A DNA stretch of 64,000 nt, taken from NCBI RefSeq assembly GCF_040938485.1, contig NW_027271466.1:2728001-2792000 (forward strand), in the 5' to 3' direction. A program made the translations under genes and the position numbers. The notes under the pieces were generated by a model. The model did not search any database. It was not told where the DNA came from and worked only from the letters and a program-made list of their open reading frames with translations. This document shows, one piece after another, positions 50,612 through 64,000 of this stretch. This DNA comes from Diadema antillarum. Lineage: Eukaryota. The first letter of the stretch is position 1; the number at the start of each line of letters is the position of its first letter.

Positions 50612-51934
50612 TTATACCCCCGCCAAACGAAGTTTGAAGGGGGTATATAGGAATCAGCGGACGGTCGGTCGGGCGGTCGGTCGGGCGGTCGGGCGGTCGG
50701 GCGGTCGGGCGGTCGGTCGGGCGGTCGGTCCGTTGCAAATCTTGCGTCGCGAACTACTTCCTCAGTTTTCAACCGATTCCCATAAAACTTGGCACAGATG
50801 TGTGCCTTGGGTTATAGATGTGCAAGACGTATTTTTTGACAGTACCCAAAAGTACGTTGCCATGGTAACGGCATATTATGGGCAAAAATGGGTACAAATC
50901 TTGCGTCGCGAACTCCTCCCACAGTTTTTGATCAATTTTTATGAAATTAGGTACAGATGTTCATCTGAATAGGTTAATGTGCAAGACACATATTTCTGCA
51001 GTGGCAAAAAGTGCGTTGCCATGGTAACGGCATGTTATTGGTAAAATATAGGGCAAAATGCTTCATGGCAAAACTGCTTCATCAGTGTTCTTCCAATTCT
51101 CATGGAATTCATATTGAATGTTTGTCTTAGGATATAGGTCAGCATGACACATTTCTTGACAGTGACAAAAAGTATGTTGCCATGGTAACAGCTCACATAT
51201 TATGAGCCAAAATGATGGAAAATTTTGTGTTGCAAACTACTTCCTCAGTTTTTGCCCAATTTCCATGAAACTTGGTACAGATGTGTGCCTTTGGTTGTAG
51301 ATGTGCAAGACACATTTTTTGACAGTACCCGAAAGTACGTTGCCATGGTAACAGCATATTAATGGCAGAAGATCAAGGAAAGATCTTGCAGATTTAACTA
51401 CTTCCTCAGTTTTTTGACCAAAGCTTATGAAATGTGGCACACACCTTGATCTTGGTGGGAAGATGTGGAAGACATATTTTTTCGGACGTGTCGGAAGCTG
51501 CGTTGCCATGGTAACGGCATATAAATGGCAGAAGATCAAGGAAAGATCTTGCGGATTGAACTACTTCCTCTGTATTCGACTGAAGCTCATGAAATGTGGC
51601 ACACACATTGGTCTTGGTGGGAAGATGTGCAAGACATATTTTTTGGACGTGTCGGAAGCTGCGTTGCCATGGTAACGGCATATTAATGGCGGAAGATCAA
51701 GGAAAGATCTTGTGGATTGAACTACTTCCTCAGTTTTTGACAAAAGCTTATGAAATGTGGCACACACAATAGTCTTGGTGGGAAGATGTGCAAGACATAT
51801 TTTTCAGACGTGTCGGAAGCTGCGTTGCCATGGTAACGGCATTTAAATGGCAGAAGATCAAGGAAAGATCATTCCTTGGGTAAGACTGTCGTCACGGGGC
51901 GGGGGTATTAATCACCTTGAGTGATATTTCTAGT
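50612..51934 (+). mobile_element. Helentron-associated HINE/DINE-1-like element with an internal ~161-bp tandem array
   Basis: 5' subTIR TTATACCCCCGCC with a nearby IR GGGGGTATA (50639-50647); (GGTC/GGCG)n microsatellite at ~50658-50730; 3' subTIR GGCGGGGGTAT; short hairpin ATCAC-cttga-GTGAT (51911-51925); ends CTAG-TTTT. This matches the known DINE-1/HINE layout. Confidence 0.75.
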
Positions 51935-52920
51935 TTTACTGCAGTAAATGTCAATGAGGGTAGGCTTTCTCAAAGGCTTTTGCACTTTGTTAGCACTGGC
52001 AGTTGTGAACATAGAGAGCCGAAGCAGATTGGATCAGCACTAGGCCATTTGGAGATACTGACAATGTGATTATCATTTACGAGCCAGCAGAAAGCCTGAT
52101 CTGCGCACACTCCTGCTACTGAATGACTCAGATCTTGAATAATTCAGTCACTTCGACCAATGGAATTTGCTAAATTCTCAACGGGCAGGCAGAGCGAAAT
52201 TGTAGAGTATATTGAAGTGATGATGTCACAGTCTTTTGTTATAGTTTGGGTTGGAACCAGGAGTTCGCATAAACGCTTGGGCCAGACGAGGTTTTTAAGA
52301 ACAAGTTTCCATTGCGATGAATGGCTATGACATCACACTTTGGTACTCTATTATGTATGACCTTTCAAAACTAAGCACTGATCCAATGTGACTTTTGCTA
52401 TCACATACCAAATATTGTTAGCAAAATTTGGGTAATTAAAGGCACAATAATAATGAGTCCCCAAAGGCCCCTTTTGCAGGGCTTGTCTTTTTGCTGGTGA
52501 TTTGACTGTGTCTGACATAGCGATCCTCGGAAAGCGTGTCTTTGCAATGAGTGTGGCAAGGGAGCCTTTGGCTTCTGCCAAGATACATAAGGGCTACAAT
52601 TACATGTACATTGTATTAGGTGGTTTTGATGCTTGTAGAAATTCTTGAATTTGCCAAATTTTCATGTTATATAATTAATTTCTGCATTTGTACAGAGTTA
52701 AATTTTGAGCAATGAAACCTGACAGTAATCTGATGTAATCGAATGAACTTACATGCTTGTAGGTGAGTCATGGTCTAAAGTCAATTTGAAAGTACTTTTT
52801 TTTTCCCAGTATTTCAATCTAAATCTGATTTTCTGGCTTTTTGCTACAGCCAGTTGTTCCATGACATGTGTAATATAACATCCCCTTTGTGATCTCTGTT
52901 TGTATTTTGTGGTGATGGGA

Positions 52921-53114
52921 CATTTGCTCCTGCGACAGTTGCTGCAGTCTTCTTTTCTTAAGAACTTAAGGTTAGGGTTGGGGTTGTGATAGGGTTTTAA
53001 GGTTTAGGTTAATGTGAGGATTAAGATTAGGGTCAGGGTTATGTTTGTGGGGAGATTTTATATTTGGCTTAGCGGCAGATATTTTGTGGAAGTAATTGTC
53101 ACAGGAGCATAGTG
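52921..53114. mobile_element. MITE with telomere-like (TTAGGG-like) interior
   Basis: Imperfect TIRs CATTTGCTCCTGCGACAGTTGCT / AGTAATTGTCACAGGAGCATAGTG. Confidence 0.55.
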
Positions 53115-56100
53115 ATGTCATAGAACTGTATTTTACAGATTTGTTGAACAAATGATTGTGTGGGCTAGCTCTTTGTTAAACTTGTGTCTGTCTGTCTGTC
53201 CGTTTGTTTGATTTGATCTTTGTTTATGTCTTAATCTAAACCTACCTCAAGGTGTGCTATGTCTGTTTATAGACCATGAACTATTAAAAAGCAAGTAGGA
53301 ATAATGCGCTTCTTTGCATTACAATCATGTCACCTCAGCGGAGTGAGTTTTTTCCCCCGGGGGCATAGATAGTCTTGTCCACAGGCCACCTTTATTGCAG
53401 CTTCTTTGACATGGAATAATGAAGAGCTGTACATCTCCCTCTGGAACGGTGGTCAGCCCCACTGCAGATGAAAGTCCCAAGAGTCAGATTTTTTTTTTTT
53501 TTTTTAAGATCCAAAATTGTATTTTTTTGAAGTGTGCATTGTTGAAATATGCATTCACATCCAGGTCATGACAAAAGATTGTGTTGTCTCACCATGTGAT
53601 ATTAAGAGTTTATGATTGCTTTCATATCCCATATCTATTGTTCACATTATGAATGTTATGGCCTCAAGTTGGATCTTCTTTGGACTAGTACAATGTATAG
53701 AGGGCCCAAGGCATTAAACACAGGAAAGACAAGGCTTACTGTAAAACCAGAAAATTTGGGGAATGTCACAAGGAGCCAAGATTTGCAGAAAGAAAATGCA
53801 TGCAGAAGTTTTTGTTTACACAGTACATTGATGCCAGTAAAATGCTGTACATCATTTTGGTCAGAATTTGCAAAACTCTCATGCCGCAAATGTTTTATAT
53901 CTTACAGTATCCACTTTGATGATTATTCACATATCAGCAGATGAGCACTTTGTAAAATTTGAGAGAATTTCTAGGTGCATCAGAGTTCCAACACAAAAGA
54001 AAAAGAACAGGTACAGTATATACAAGTGTAGTATACTAGTAATGTATTCTGGCATATTAAAGCAAGCTGCATGTCTGTCAGTTGTTTCACACTAGGGAAT
54101 CTTATCTTTTAAAAGTATATTGAGAGTGGTGAGATATAATATATCAATATGTGGCATAAATTATAGAAGATATCAGAAAAGAAAGTGAACAATTTTCTAA
54201 TATCAGGAGTGCATACCAATGATTTGAACCTTGAAGAATTACTCTACCAAAAAGTGATAGAATCTGTCCTGTAGAGGACGTACTGTGCTGTGCAAAGCGC
54301 TGCTGGTGTTCCAAGTGATGTAACGCAACTGTATTGGAAATCAGGGCTACAGAACCTCATTAGAAATGGGTTGGATATGTAAAACAAAACCCTGTTTAAC
54401 ATGGCCATTCTGCAGGTCCTGTTTGTCAAAGCTTACGGCAATAGGTCATTGTTTTATAACAGAGTTCCATCATGATGGGTGCAGTGATACATATTTGTAT
54501 CTCCTTAATATACATTAACTTCATAGTCCATGGGATGGCTCCCACGAAGCTGGCTTGTAACTTTTATGGTAAAACAGACTTTGGGGCCAAACTGTGATTT
54601 AGAATGCATGATGGAAACATGTTGTTCATGGTATTTTGTTTATTTTTTTCTTCTATTAAAGAAGTCTTCATACACAAGAAGAGGTGTAACCCAGCCCTGA
54701 AAGCAACACTAATTATTAATTTATCAACAAGATCCATTGCATTACACAGGTATGCTACTTTTCACATACATTGTATGAATGATATTTAACAATAATTCTA
54801 TTGTCTCGTTTGACTTCTGTGTATATAATTGTCTTTCAATATTTATTGTGGATACATGTACCGTGATTCATACCTGCTAATGAATAAAACTCTTAGAATT
54901 GACAACCTACCCTCTGCATGCATGGATGTTACTTGGACTAGTACAGTGTATACAGTATGTTATAAACCCTCGTTATGTGCGTATACAGTGTGTACAGTCA
55001 ACTCCACACAAGTGTATGCTTTGTAAATTTTACGTCAGATAATCAGCCAAGTCAAAGAAAATGAAAAAGTCTCCACTTCAATTCAATCTTAAATATATTA
55101 TTTCTCTGTACTGTATTTGCAAAAGTAAAATATTAATGTGTTGTCCTCTATACCCTCAAAATAATTGACTAATGCGTAGAGTTGACTGTGCAGCATTTTG
55201 TCATATATTTATTGCAGGGGGAAAGCAAACATAATTGACAAGATGTGTTGATGTGCATAAGGGATGTTGTTACAATCATTACAATGTACAATATATTCTT
55301 TCTTTTTAAGAGACAAGGTGAGTGTTTTCCCACCATGCAGGCATAATACACGTACTAGAAAGCATATGTACACCACACCTAGAAGGCAATAATTGTGGCA
55401 TGTTGTTACTTTCCCAGAGCATCAGTCAACCCACGGGGTTCATGAATATGAAACCAGCACTGAACATAAAGCATTATACAGCATCATCAATCTCTTAAGC
55501 ACACATAGCAGATTAGATACTGCAAAATCTATTATTTTTTCGGGGGTTTAATCTTTGCGAATGTTGCAAATCACTGTTGAGCTGCGAATTTAATAACATG
55601 CAAATTATTGCCCCCTGATCTTGATAGCATAAAGTGGCGGAGTGAACGGACAGGCATTAGTGCACTTTATGTTGTCAGTTTGCGAAAACAGCATCTGCTA
55701 AAAGTGTCTGTGACCTCCTCATTTCCGAAAATAACAGGTTTTACAGCATACAGCGCACTCACATATTGTACAGGTCATACAGCTGTACATCTCATAAATA
55801 CAATCTGCACAATTGTCAAAACTACTCCATAAATTTCACATACCCCAGATACATGTAATGAAATGCATAGAGAGGGAGAAAAAAGACACTCTGAAAAAGA
55901 CATAAAAAAGAAAGGAGTTCTGTGATCATCAGTTTTATTAAGATCTGATAAATATTTATGTATACCGACATAAAGGTTCATGTACAATGTAGTACAGATA
56001 TACATTGTAGGTATACAATGCCACCGAATTTCCCCACAGTACCGGTACGTCTTATTGAAAACATTATGCATTATGTAAACATTTGCCTGGTCACATTATC

Positions 56101-58059
56101 TGTGACAAGAAAACTACCGGTAAATTGCCCAAATTATCAGATATATGTACACTGTATAACAATCCTCGAGCAGTGTAGCACACTCACAACAAGGAACAAA
56201 ACAAACAAAAATAAAATGCAAATTCACCTGACCGCATGCCTCAAAGTTCCTGAACACTACTATCCGATAATTTAAATCTCAGTACCTTGGTCCACTGTCT
56301 GAATTGAATACAGCAATTGAACTCCACTCAAGGTTGAACACGCTTTTGGTTAGATTAGGAGTACTTTTGGGAAATACTGGGAAAAAAATACTGGAAACAA
56401 AAACATTGCAAATATTTTTGCTCAATGTAGGAAGTCTCCCCCTCGAAGATTAAATGATGTCATTGAAAGGTATGTTTCTTTTTAATAATCTGTGTGTGTG
56501 TGTGTGTATGTGTGTGTGGTTTTTACTGTTACAACTATACAATGTATGTTCCACTTCAGAACTGTGAGAAACACACTTGGGTTTGGATAAAGCAGATTGT
56601 ACTGGAATCAGTGAGAAAACTTTTTGAATCAATCAATTCACAGGAGCCAAATAATGATTACAATCAAGATTGTAGAACTATTTTACCATGACTCACTTTC
56701 TTAGGGTAACTAGGATTCTATTCATTAAAAAAAAAATAAAAGTATAAACAAGATTTGATTATGCAAATGATTCATGTGTAAGACTGCTGTAGATTACACT
56801 TAATTATAATACGCAAGACTAGCTAACAGGGTCGAGTAAATGGTCTGTGTGAATGGCTATAAAAGGCTTTCATATCTGAAAAAAAAAGCAAAAAAGTATG
56901 TAATCAAGAAATTGGAAGCAATACTATCATCTAGTTTTAATCAGAAATGAGATAAATACAAAAACACACTGAAGTATGCTTTTTATGAGGTAGCAAATGT
57001 CAATGAATATAGCAATAAGGCTGTTGAATCGAGTTGAATTTTACCATGTACCAAGGTACTTTCAATATGTGTATAAGAGTATAATATAAGTAGGACTGAG
57101 AGCAGTAGCCGAAAAGCACATGCAACCAAAGTCTCTATCCAATAGTTCTAAGGTTTCACAATTTTCCAAATAATTAAGTGACATTTGGTGAGTTGCATTA
57201 CCTCAGATAAATCATCAGAAAACCTTCCTTGATGTATTGAGCAAGTTACTGGTTTGCAGAAGTGAGTAGTGTAGGGGGACTATTCACTTCTACAGGGTGC
57301 AATCACACTATTTTGCCATCGTAGGCGAAGGGCGACAAAGTGCTCTTAAAGGTGCATTTCCAGTCCAATTGCAAGTAAGCTCTGATGACAAGAGCATTGT
57401 GAAATCCACCAAATAGAATGGTGGAAGTTTCATCAGAGTTGGGCATTAGATGAGAACAAAAAAATGACACTTTTACCATACATAATTATGCTTTGACCAT
57501 ACAGTGAAATTGATGGCAACCACATATATGCAAATTAGATGAAGTGATAGTGTCGTTGCCTCACAAGTTTCCAACACACCTGCACAGAAACTCTACTAAA
57601 TTTCCTGTTCTTTTGAGATGAAATATATATAAAAACAAATAGACAAACAACAAACTATGCATCCTTCACATCAAGTTATTGTGGTGTTGCTCCGAGCAAG
57701 CAATGATGACTTGTGCAGGAAAGGTTACACTGCTAACTTGAATACTGACTAAACGCGTGGGTTATTTTTTAACATTTGTATACAGCACAGTCGTGGTTGC
57801 TTTGTAATGTGTTATAATCAATTATCAATAGCTGACAAACCAGACCCAAGCAGTATATGCATCAATCTTTATAAAATACAATGTGCATGTCAGAGTGATT
57901 CTGTCACAGCTTCTTCAGATATATGAGTGCTATAGCACGATTGATCATCACATAATGGTCTACCAGTACCTACCCACTACTGAAAGGGAAGGGCTCTTCA
58001 GGAATAAGTCAGGTAATCTGATCAAAACCTCATCATCCTTTTAAATTTTGTCGGCCAGA

Positions 58060-58510
58060 CAAGTTTCGGCAAAATTGTGAAATACATGTAGGTCCCACCA
58101 CAGTGAACGTGCATCTGTGCGGTAGTAGCAAGGTTGGGTTTACGTTTAGGTTAAGGTTAGGGTTGTATTTATGATTAAATTAGTCAAGGGGCATAAGGAC
58201 ATCCGAGAATAAAAGAGAGAAAGAGAAAAAAGAACAAATAAAAACAAAGGAAAGAAGGAAGGAAGAAGATGATATGCTGCGGAAATCTGCCCTGCCGCTG
58301 TATCAATCACACGTAAACACTGTTTGGCGGGGCACCATTCGCAAATATCATACTGTGGAAGAAAGCCCCACCGTTGTGGTGCTTATGTAACGTTGGACGC
58401 CACGCAGTGTCAATGGGGCTGAATTCACAAGTATAACAGGAAAGCCGCCGTAGTTCTAGTGCAGACAGGCAGTGGTGGGGCCTATTTCACAAGTATGCCG
58501 AAGTTTCTTG
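58060..58510. mobile_element. MITE, intact relative of 13376-13769
   Basis: Imperfect ~35-bp TIRs CAAG..TTCGGCA..TTGTGAAATA..GG.CCCACC; TTAGGG-like interior. Confidence 0.65.
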
Positions 58511-58688
58511 ATAGTCCCTCTTTGATATATTCTGCAAGTAATTTCCACATGGTAAATGATGAATTCTGAGCCCTCTGAGAACTACTTGTTTTAACTTTAA
58601 CTAATCAGGAAAGGCTATAGGGCAATACTGACACTGAAAGGGTATACAGAGGAGAGAAAGGATCTGGTAATCATTTTCTCCTAGTTAA

Positions 58689-59240
58689 AGGAGAATGATA
58701 CTCAAGTATATATTTCTGTGTATTGAGTAAATGCAGCAACATTAGCACATATTTACACACCAGTGAAGTTTAAGGAAAATGGAGCAATCCATTCAAAAGT
58801 TATGAATCTTTAAACTTTTGGTGCCGCCATCACTGGATGAAAGAACTACTTGCAGTTTTTGACATCACTGCAAGATGACCATATAGAGAAAATGTAAAGA
58901 GAACTCGACATATTTTCATTTTTTTTTTTTAAAGCATAATGAAAGAACACTTGACTTCCCTATTTCAGAAAGCAGGGGGACTAACCCAAATATATGTCAG
59001 TAACAAGTCAAAGGAAAGTGCACTTTTCATTTAAAAAATGAAATTGAATTCTCCATGTTTTTATGTCATTGTCCCGTAGTTGACATCACAAACTGGGGTA
59101 GTCTTCTCATCCAGATATGGCAGCATCAAAACTTTAGAAATCATAACTTTTGAACAGATTGTCCAACTTTCCTAAAAATTCACTGATGTGCTGCTGCATT
59201 CACTCAATCCACGAAAACATATTTGGGTATCATTCCCCCT
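58689..59240. mobile_element. Kolobok-like non-autonomous element, diverged relative of 5593-6151
   Basis: TTAA|AGGAGAATGATACTCAA...TTGGGTATCATTCCCCCT; shared blocks TCAAAAGTTATGAAT, CTTCTCATCCAG and CATTCACTCAATCCAC. Confidence 0.7.
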
Positions 59241-59665
59241 TACAAAAAAAAAAAAAAAAAAAAAGGATGGATGGAGAATACAGTGTGCTTCCAGACTGAC
59301 CAGTGACCAATGACCAGATAGCAAAGAATTTTAGCAAGAGGGAAAATGAATATGCTACACCTCAACCTTTGCATTGCATGAAAACTTGCAGAATAATGCC
59401 ATCCCATTTTTAATACAACATCCTTTAGCAACAGCTCAAGCAACTTTCCTGCAATACAAAGTAAAGAGAAAGACCACAAGCATCAACAAAAATTAACCTC
59501 TAATGTCAACAGTTGTTACCTCTATAGGTAAGGGCAAGTCTTTGCACAAAAAGCAAAGTTTCCACATCTCCAGAGAAATGCTGGACGAGGAAGAACCGAT
59601 ATATGAAACATCCGAGATAAAACATTCTTTAAAAGATATAATTTCTGCAGTCTTTAGACCCTTTG

Positions 59666-62600
59666 TCAGCTCTCCAGTAGGATATCTGCTGGCCGCGGTA
59701 TGTGGAGGTGCAGCTCCTTGCAGTACATCACAGGCACACTCTCATCCCGGTAGAGCGGCTCTTCCCTCTCATACCAGCGCTGGATGCTGAACTCCGGGAA
59801 GAAGAAACCAATTTCCCTGGATGCAGTTTCCGGCGAATCTGTCACATCATTATTAAGCAAAACAGAGCACCTTTAAATTGAAGCACAGCATTTGCAACAT
59901 CTCTTGAAATCATCCAAAAATACCAGTTACGCTCACGTGTGCAAACACAGTTATCATCCAGAACTGCCAACTTTCACAGGTCAAAATTAGTGATGGTCTA
60001 GAGAGCCATGGCCGAAATACCAGTACAGTGCACTCCCGCTACAACGAACATGGTTATAACAACATTAGGGTTACAACAAAGTAAAAATTCAAGCCGCAAC
60101 ATTATCTGCTCTTTGTTTCTTATTTATTTGTTTGGTTATAACGAAATTTTGATATAACAAAAGAAAACTGCCGGTCCCAAGGACTCATTATACCAGGAGT
60201 CCACTAAAGGGCATCTATCTCAGCATGTGATAATAATTCCCCAAATCAGGACTAGGCTTTTATATGTCTGGGTCAGGACATGAAAACACAATCTTTCAGG
60301 CAACAAAAAACTACATGTAACCATCTGGTCCTTCTCCCACAAAAGACCTATCTTGAACATTTCATCAAAATCCGTTTGTAATTTCTAGGTTAATACTGCT
60401 AACAAACTAACTAGGTAAATGCAAATAAAAAAGAGCTTCTTTGGCAGAGGTGAAAAAGTAAAAGAAACAACACATCTGTCAAGATATAGGGATCTATCAA
60501 CAGAGACATCAAACTACCACACTGTCAATTGGCAAGCAAATACAAATGATGAAACTGAAGTAATTTTAAGTCGAATGTGTCTCCTATTTGGCTGCAGAAA
60601 TTGTATTTGTGGCAGTTTGTCAAAGTATGTACAAAGAAGTGATTCAATGCAGAGGACACTTACCAGAACCATGTGTTGCATTTCTGGTGTCTGTCAAGCC
60701 ATGCTGTCCCCTTATCGTGTCGGGCTGAATGTGCTTGGCCCTGGAGATTGAGAAACAGCAGTCAAGACATTATTTTCACAAGTTCCAGGTGCTGACAGTG
60801 CTGATCATCTGACCTGTACATCCATGACAACCACAGCTATCACCATCTTTAATCACCACCATACAACCTTGCTAATCGCTTACACCGAGGTGATAAATTG
60901 TGGCAAGTTTCGAAGCATATTGTTTGACCAGTACTGACCAACCAAAGATTCCCTGTACTCACTAGGATATGTTCCTCTGTAGTAGTGGAGAAAACCACCC
61001 GCTTTCTCCTCATTCATCACACCTTGTTATCATCATTATCAGCATCATTACCATTGCTTTGCAGCATAGCATGGGGTGGGGGGGGGGGGGCCTTTCATGA
61101 AGCATTTTGACAGATATTTTTATCTGACATTCTGTTGTAAGCAACTGAAATCCTTGCAACTGATTGGCGGACAGCAAATTTGTCCGACAAGTTTGTCGGA
61201 CAAAATGCTTCATGAAATGCCCCCCAGAATGTCATTTAATTAATCACCATTATTTTCGACATCTTCAGTCATAACCATAAACACCAGTACTAAGATCCTT
61301 ATTACACTTATTTCATCATTGCCACCACCGTCAAAATGAATGCATTTAAACCATTGCTGTATTCACTGTCATACTCTTCTTCTTTGGGGTAATCTGCATC
61401 CTTCAAAACTGAGAACTATACTGCAGAATATCAGCCAGCATTTTGGCACATTTGACCACTTCACTGTGTTTTCATCCTGCTCTTTACAAGACAGGTGAGA
61501 TGGATTCTGTTATGTGCATATTTATAGGGTGCAGCAAATGGGACCAATGGCTTAAAGTCCCCTCCAAAGTCTTGGCTATTAGGAATAAAGTGCCAGGCTG
61601 GGACTCAAAGCTCAAACACATGCATGGGAGCCCACAGTCTTATCTGTGTGGTCTTAAAGGGATACAATAGTATCTGTTAAGATGGGGGATTCAGATTTTA
61701 ACTTTTTGCAAGATAATTAGAAAACAATTATGAAATATGAAAGAGCATACAATTCTACGGGGAATTCAAAGTCAATTCGATGAAAGTTGGTTTTAAAATG
61801 GCCGAGATATCAACAAAAAAAAAAAAAGTAAAACAAAGTGCTCCTCATGAAACGTATGTCCCACCTTCAATAAGGACCTCATTGTTTTTGGATATCTCAG
61901 CCATTTCAAAATCAATTTTCATCAAATAAACTTTGAATTCCTCTTCAAAACATAGTATGCTCTTTCATATCTCATACGAGGTTTCTCATTATCTCACACA
62001 CACACACACACAAATTGGAAACCTGAAGCCCCATCTCAACCAAAACCATACCATCCCTCTAACCGCTCAGTAATGACAACTCTTCACATACATAACCACC
62101 ACAAAGAAATCGGCAAAAACACCAACTCAAGTGACAAACCATTCAACCAGGGGTCAAAGGTTACCAACAGTGTGAAGCTATGTGTCACCTGAACGTCTTG
62201 GTGGGTCCCATGAGTTCCCTCCAGCGTGTGATGACGTTGTCTCCGGCCAGGATCTGGGCACACATGGGTCCGCACATCATGAAGCCCACCAGGCGATTGT
62301 AGAAGAACCTTCCTGTAGATTGCATTTGGAGGAAACAGATGAACTGTGCATAAAGCAGAGTTCTACTACTAAGCCAAGTTGGAAAGGACCATATACATGT
62401 ATGCAAGCTTTCCGGTAGTGACATCACTTGAAAATCCCTGCTCATTTCTCCAAAAATGTCATCCAACTCCAGTTATAACAACATCCTCAGGACTGGTAGT
62501 TTTCCTTCATTATATCCAAATTTGATGTAACCAAACAAATAAACAATAAAAAACATATCTAAGCAGATGTTGGGGCCTGAATATTTACTTCATTGTAACC

Positions 62601-63621
62601 TGGATTTTATTATAGTATACAAATAATGACTGCTATGAGGGGCACAGTTAAAATTATGGTTTTCACATCACCGAGGGCCTCCCCGAATATCAAGCTGTCA
62701 TTATTTGTTTTATATACCGAAAAAATAGATTCCGAAATATAGATACCGAAAATATAGATTCTAGTCTCTTTTACAGCACTCGTAATCAACGCTGATCGAC
62801 AGCGCGGCGGTCGTGTCATTGGTGCGTACATATGAGTGATCTATGTGTACGGGGTTGCGACTGTCTCCAAACCTATTTACAGGGCACAGTTGATTCTATG
62901 CCCCGGGCACAGTAAATCATGACGTCATTTTGATCAAAAATGGGGCACAGCTATTTTCATGACTCCACTTTTAACCAATCAGACGAGAGGAATCTATATA
63001 TGAGGTATATAATGTTCATTATGTACTTATAACTGGAGTGCACTGTATAAATGCCAATAGAAAAAAAATAATAAAATGAATGATGAAATTGAATCTAGGG
63101 GCAAAAATTACCATGAGCTTCTTTTCTCTGTGGCACTCAACTACCCAATGACCAAAACTTACTGTGTGCAAACCACAAATAAAACTTTAAAAGTTCCTCA
63201 AGCACTTTTGAATATCACTTGGTTCTGGTCAGGCCATGACCAAAAGAATAGTCTCACTGTTGGATATCACAGTCTGAGTAATACTAAAAATATGAAATAT
63301 ACATATGTAACTTTCAATATGGCCAGTTCCTCCATTCTGCACATTGAAAAAAAAATAATAAAATTTGTCAAATCTAAATACTGACCATATTAAAGAAAAA
63401 AAAAAATCAGCTTGCCCTGGGCAATTCTCAAGCTCGCAACATATACATTAAGACAGTGATTGCTAATATATGGCTGTCATATATATTTTTTTCTTTTTGT
63501 TTGGTTTCATCAAAATACCTCTGTGTTCTTCGTAGAATCTTTCAGCATCTGAGCGGCTCCATCTCAAAATCTTGGAACGAACAACAAGGAAGTTGTGGTC
63601 TACGATCATTCTCTGTATCGC
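59666..63621 (-). CDS. NME6: Nucleoside diphosphate kinase 6, last four coding exons (first coding exon not identified)
   Basis: Exons 63519-63621, 62189-62312, 60664-60740, 59666-59838, all in phase. AERFYEEHRGRFFYNRLVGFM, WRELMGPTK, GLTDTRNATHGSDS (catalytic His present), REIGFFFPEFSIQRWYEREEP. Confidence 0.93.
60026..60205. mobile_element. Tc1/mariner-pogo-like MITE in an NME6 intron
   Basis: TA|CAGTGCACTCCCG...CAGGAGTCCACT; same family as 4793-4978, opposite orientation. Confidence 0.65.
61086..61225. mobile_element. Short MITE (Harbinger-like ends)
   Basis: GGGGGCCTTTCATGAAGCATTTTG / CAAAATGCTTCATGAAATGCCCCC. Confidence 0.65.
61658..62058. mobile_element. Kolobok-like MITE in an NME6 intron
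   Basis: TTAA|AGGGAT...AAGATGGGG versus CCCCATCTC...ATCCCT|CTAA; internally semi-palindromic. Confidence 0.6.
62616..63011 (-). mobile_element. Asymmetric hairpin + subTIR element nested inside a pogo-like MITE (~62466-63045)
   Basis: TATACAAATAATGACTGC...GCTGTCATTATTTGT then TATATACC (62711) / GGTATATA (ends 63011). The flanks on both sides continue the 4793-family MITE. Confidence 0.6.
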
Positions 63622-64000
63622 CTGGAAAACAATAGGAGGAAAAATGGACAAGAATGACTTGCACTAGCAAACCAACTACCTTGTTGGAATTTAAACCAAA
63701 TTCTTGGCTTCCGCAATGTTCCCTATTCATTTATAAAAACAATAATCAAAATGTCTTCTTCATCTTCTTCTTCTTGATAAGTACACAGTCCAACATCGGG
63801 TGTACCGTCGTACTATTTATTTGCTATTTGGCTTGTTGGTGGGGTGTACAATTTGCATGTACAGTGACTTTTTAAAAACATTCCTACAGGACGAAAATGA
63901 AATGTCAAGGAAAATAAGAGAAAAGAGATAATTTTACCATGTCGACGATCACAGTAGTTGCTCCATGGTCAGGTGCTCTTACTTGGTCATTAAAACTGTG

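Noticed and set aside
50638-51900. Regular repeat array resembling CRISPR
   Set aside because: Eukaryotic context, no cas genes, and the sequences between motifs are homologous to each other (tandem units, not unique spacers).
63938-64000. Candidate upstream NME6 exon ending ATG|GTAAAA
   Set aside because: Phase-compatible, but the translation (HSFNDQVRAPDHGATTVIVDM) lacks the expected TLAxIKPD motif; it cannot be supported within this window.

Overview
AT-rich, intron-containing animal genomic DNA. The repeat types suggest an invertebrate deuterostome, probably a sea urchin (inference). Six protein-coding genes can be spliced by hand with GT-AG junctions and consistent phases: the 3' part of DNAAF11/LRRC6 (+), complete TEKT2 (-), complete PITHD1 (+), an 11-exon ~1028-aa CaRF-like/MULE-transposase/SWIM gene (-), complete TMEM65 (+) and the 3' part of NME6 (-). 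There are two head-to-head pairs: TEKT2/PITHD1 with RFX X-boxes between them, and the transposase-derived gene/TMEM65 with only 93 bp between start codons. The best candidate for an undescribed system is the transposase-derived gene. It is intact, has 10 introns, keeps its Zn-binding motifs, has lost the third DDE residue (E to G), has gained a ~200-aa Q/P-rich segment and has no room for a 5' TIR, so it looks like a transposase domesticated into a transcription regulator. The non-coding DNA holds many non-autonomous elements, including a Helentron/HINE-like element with seven identical X-boxes at ~161-bp spacing, a 738-bp near-perfect palindrome in PITHD1 intron 1, and three divergent elements sharing a subTIR-subTIR-long-hairpin design. 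All gene models and family assignments come from manual reading and recalled protein knowledge; no database search was run.
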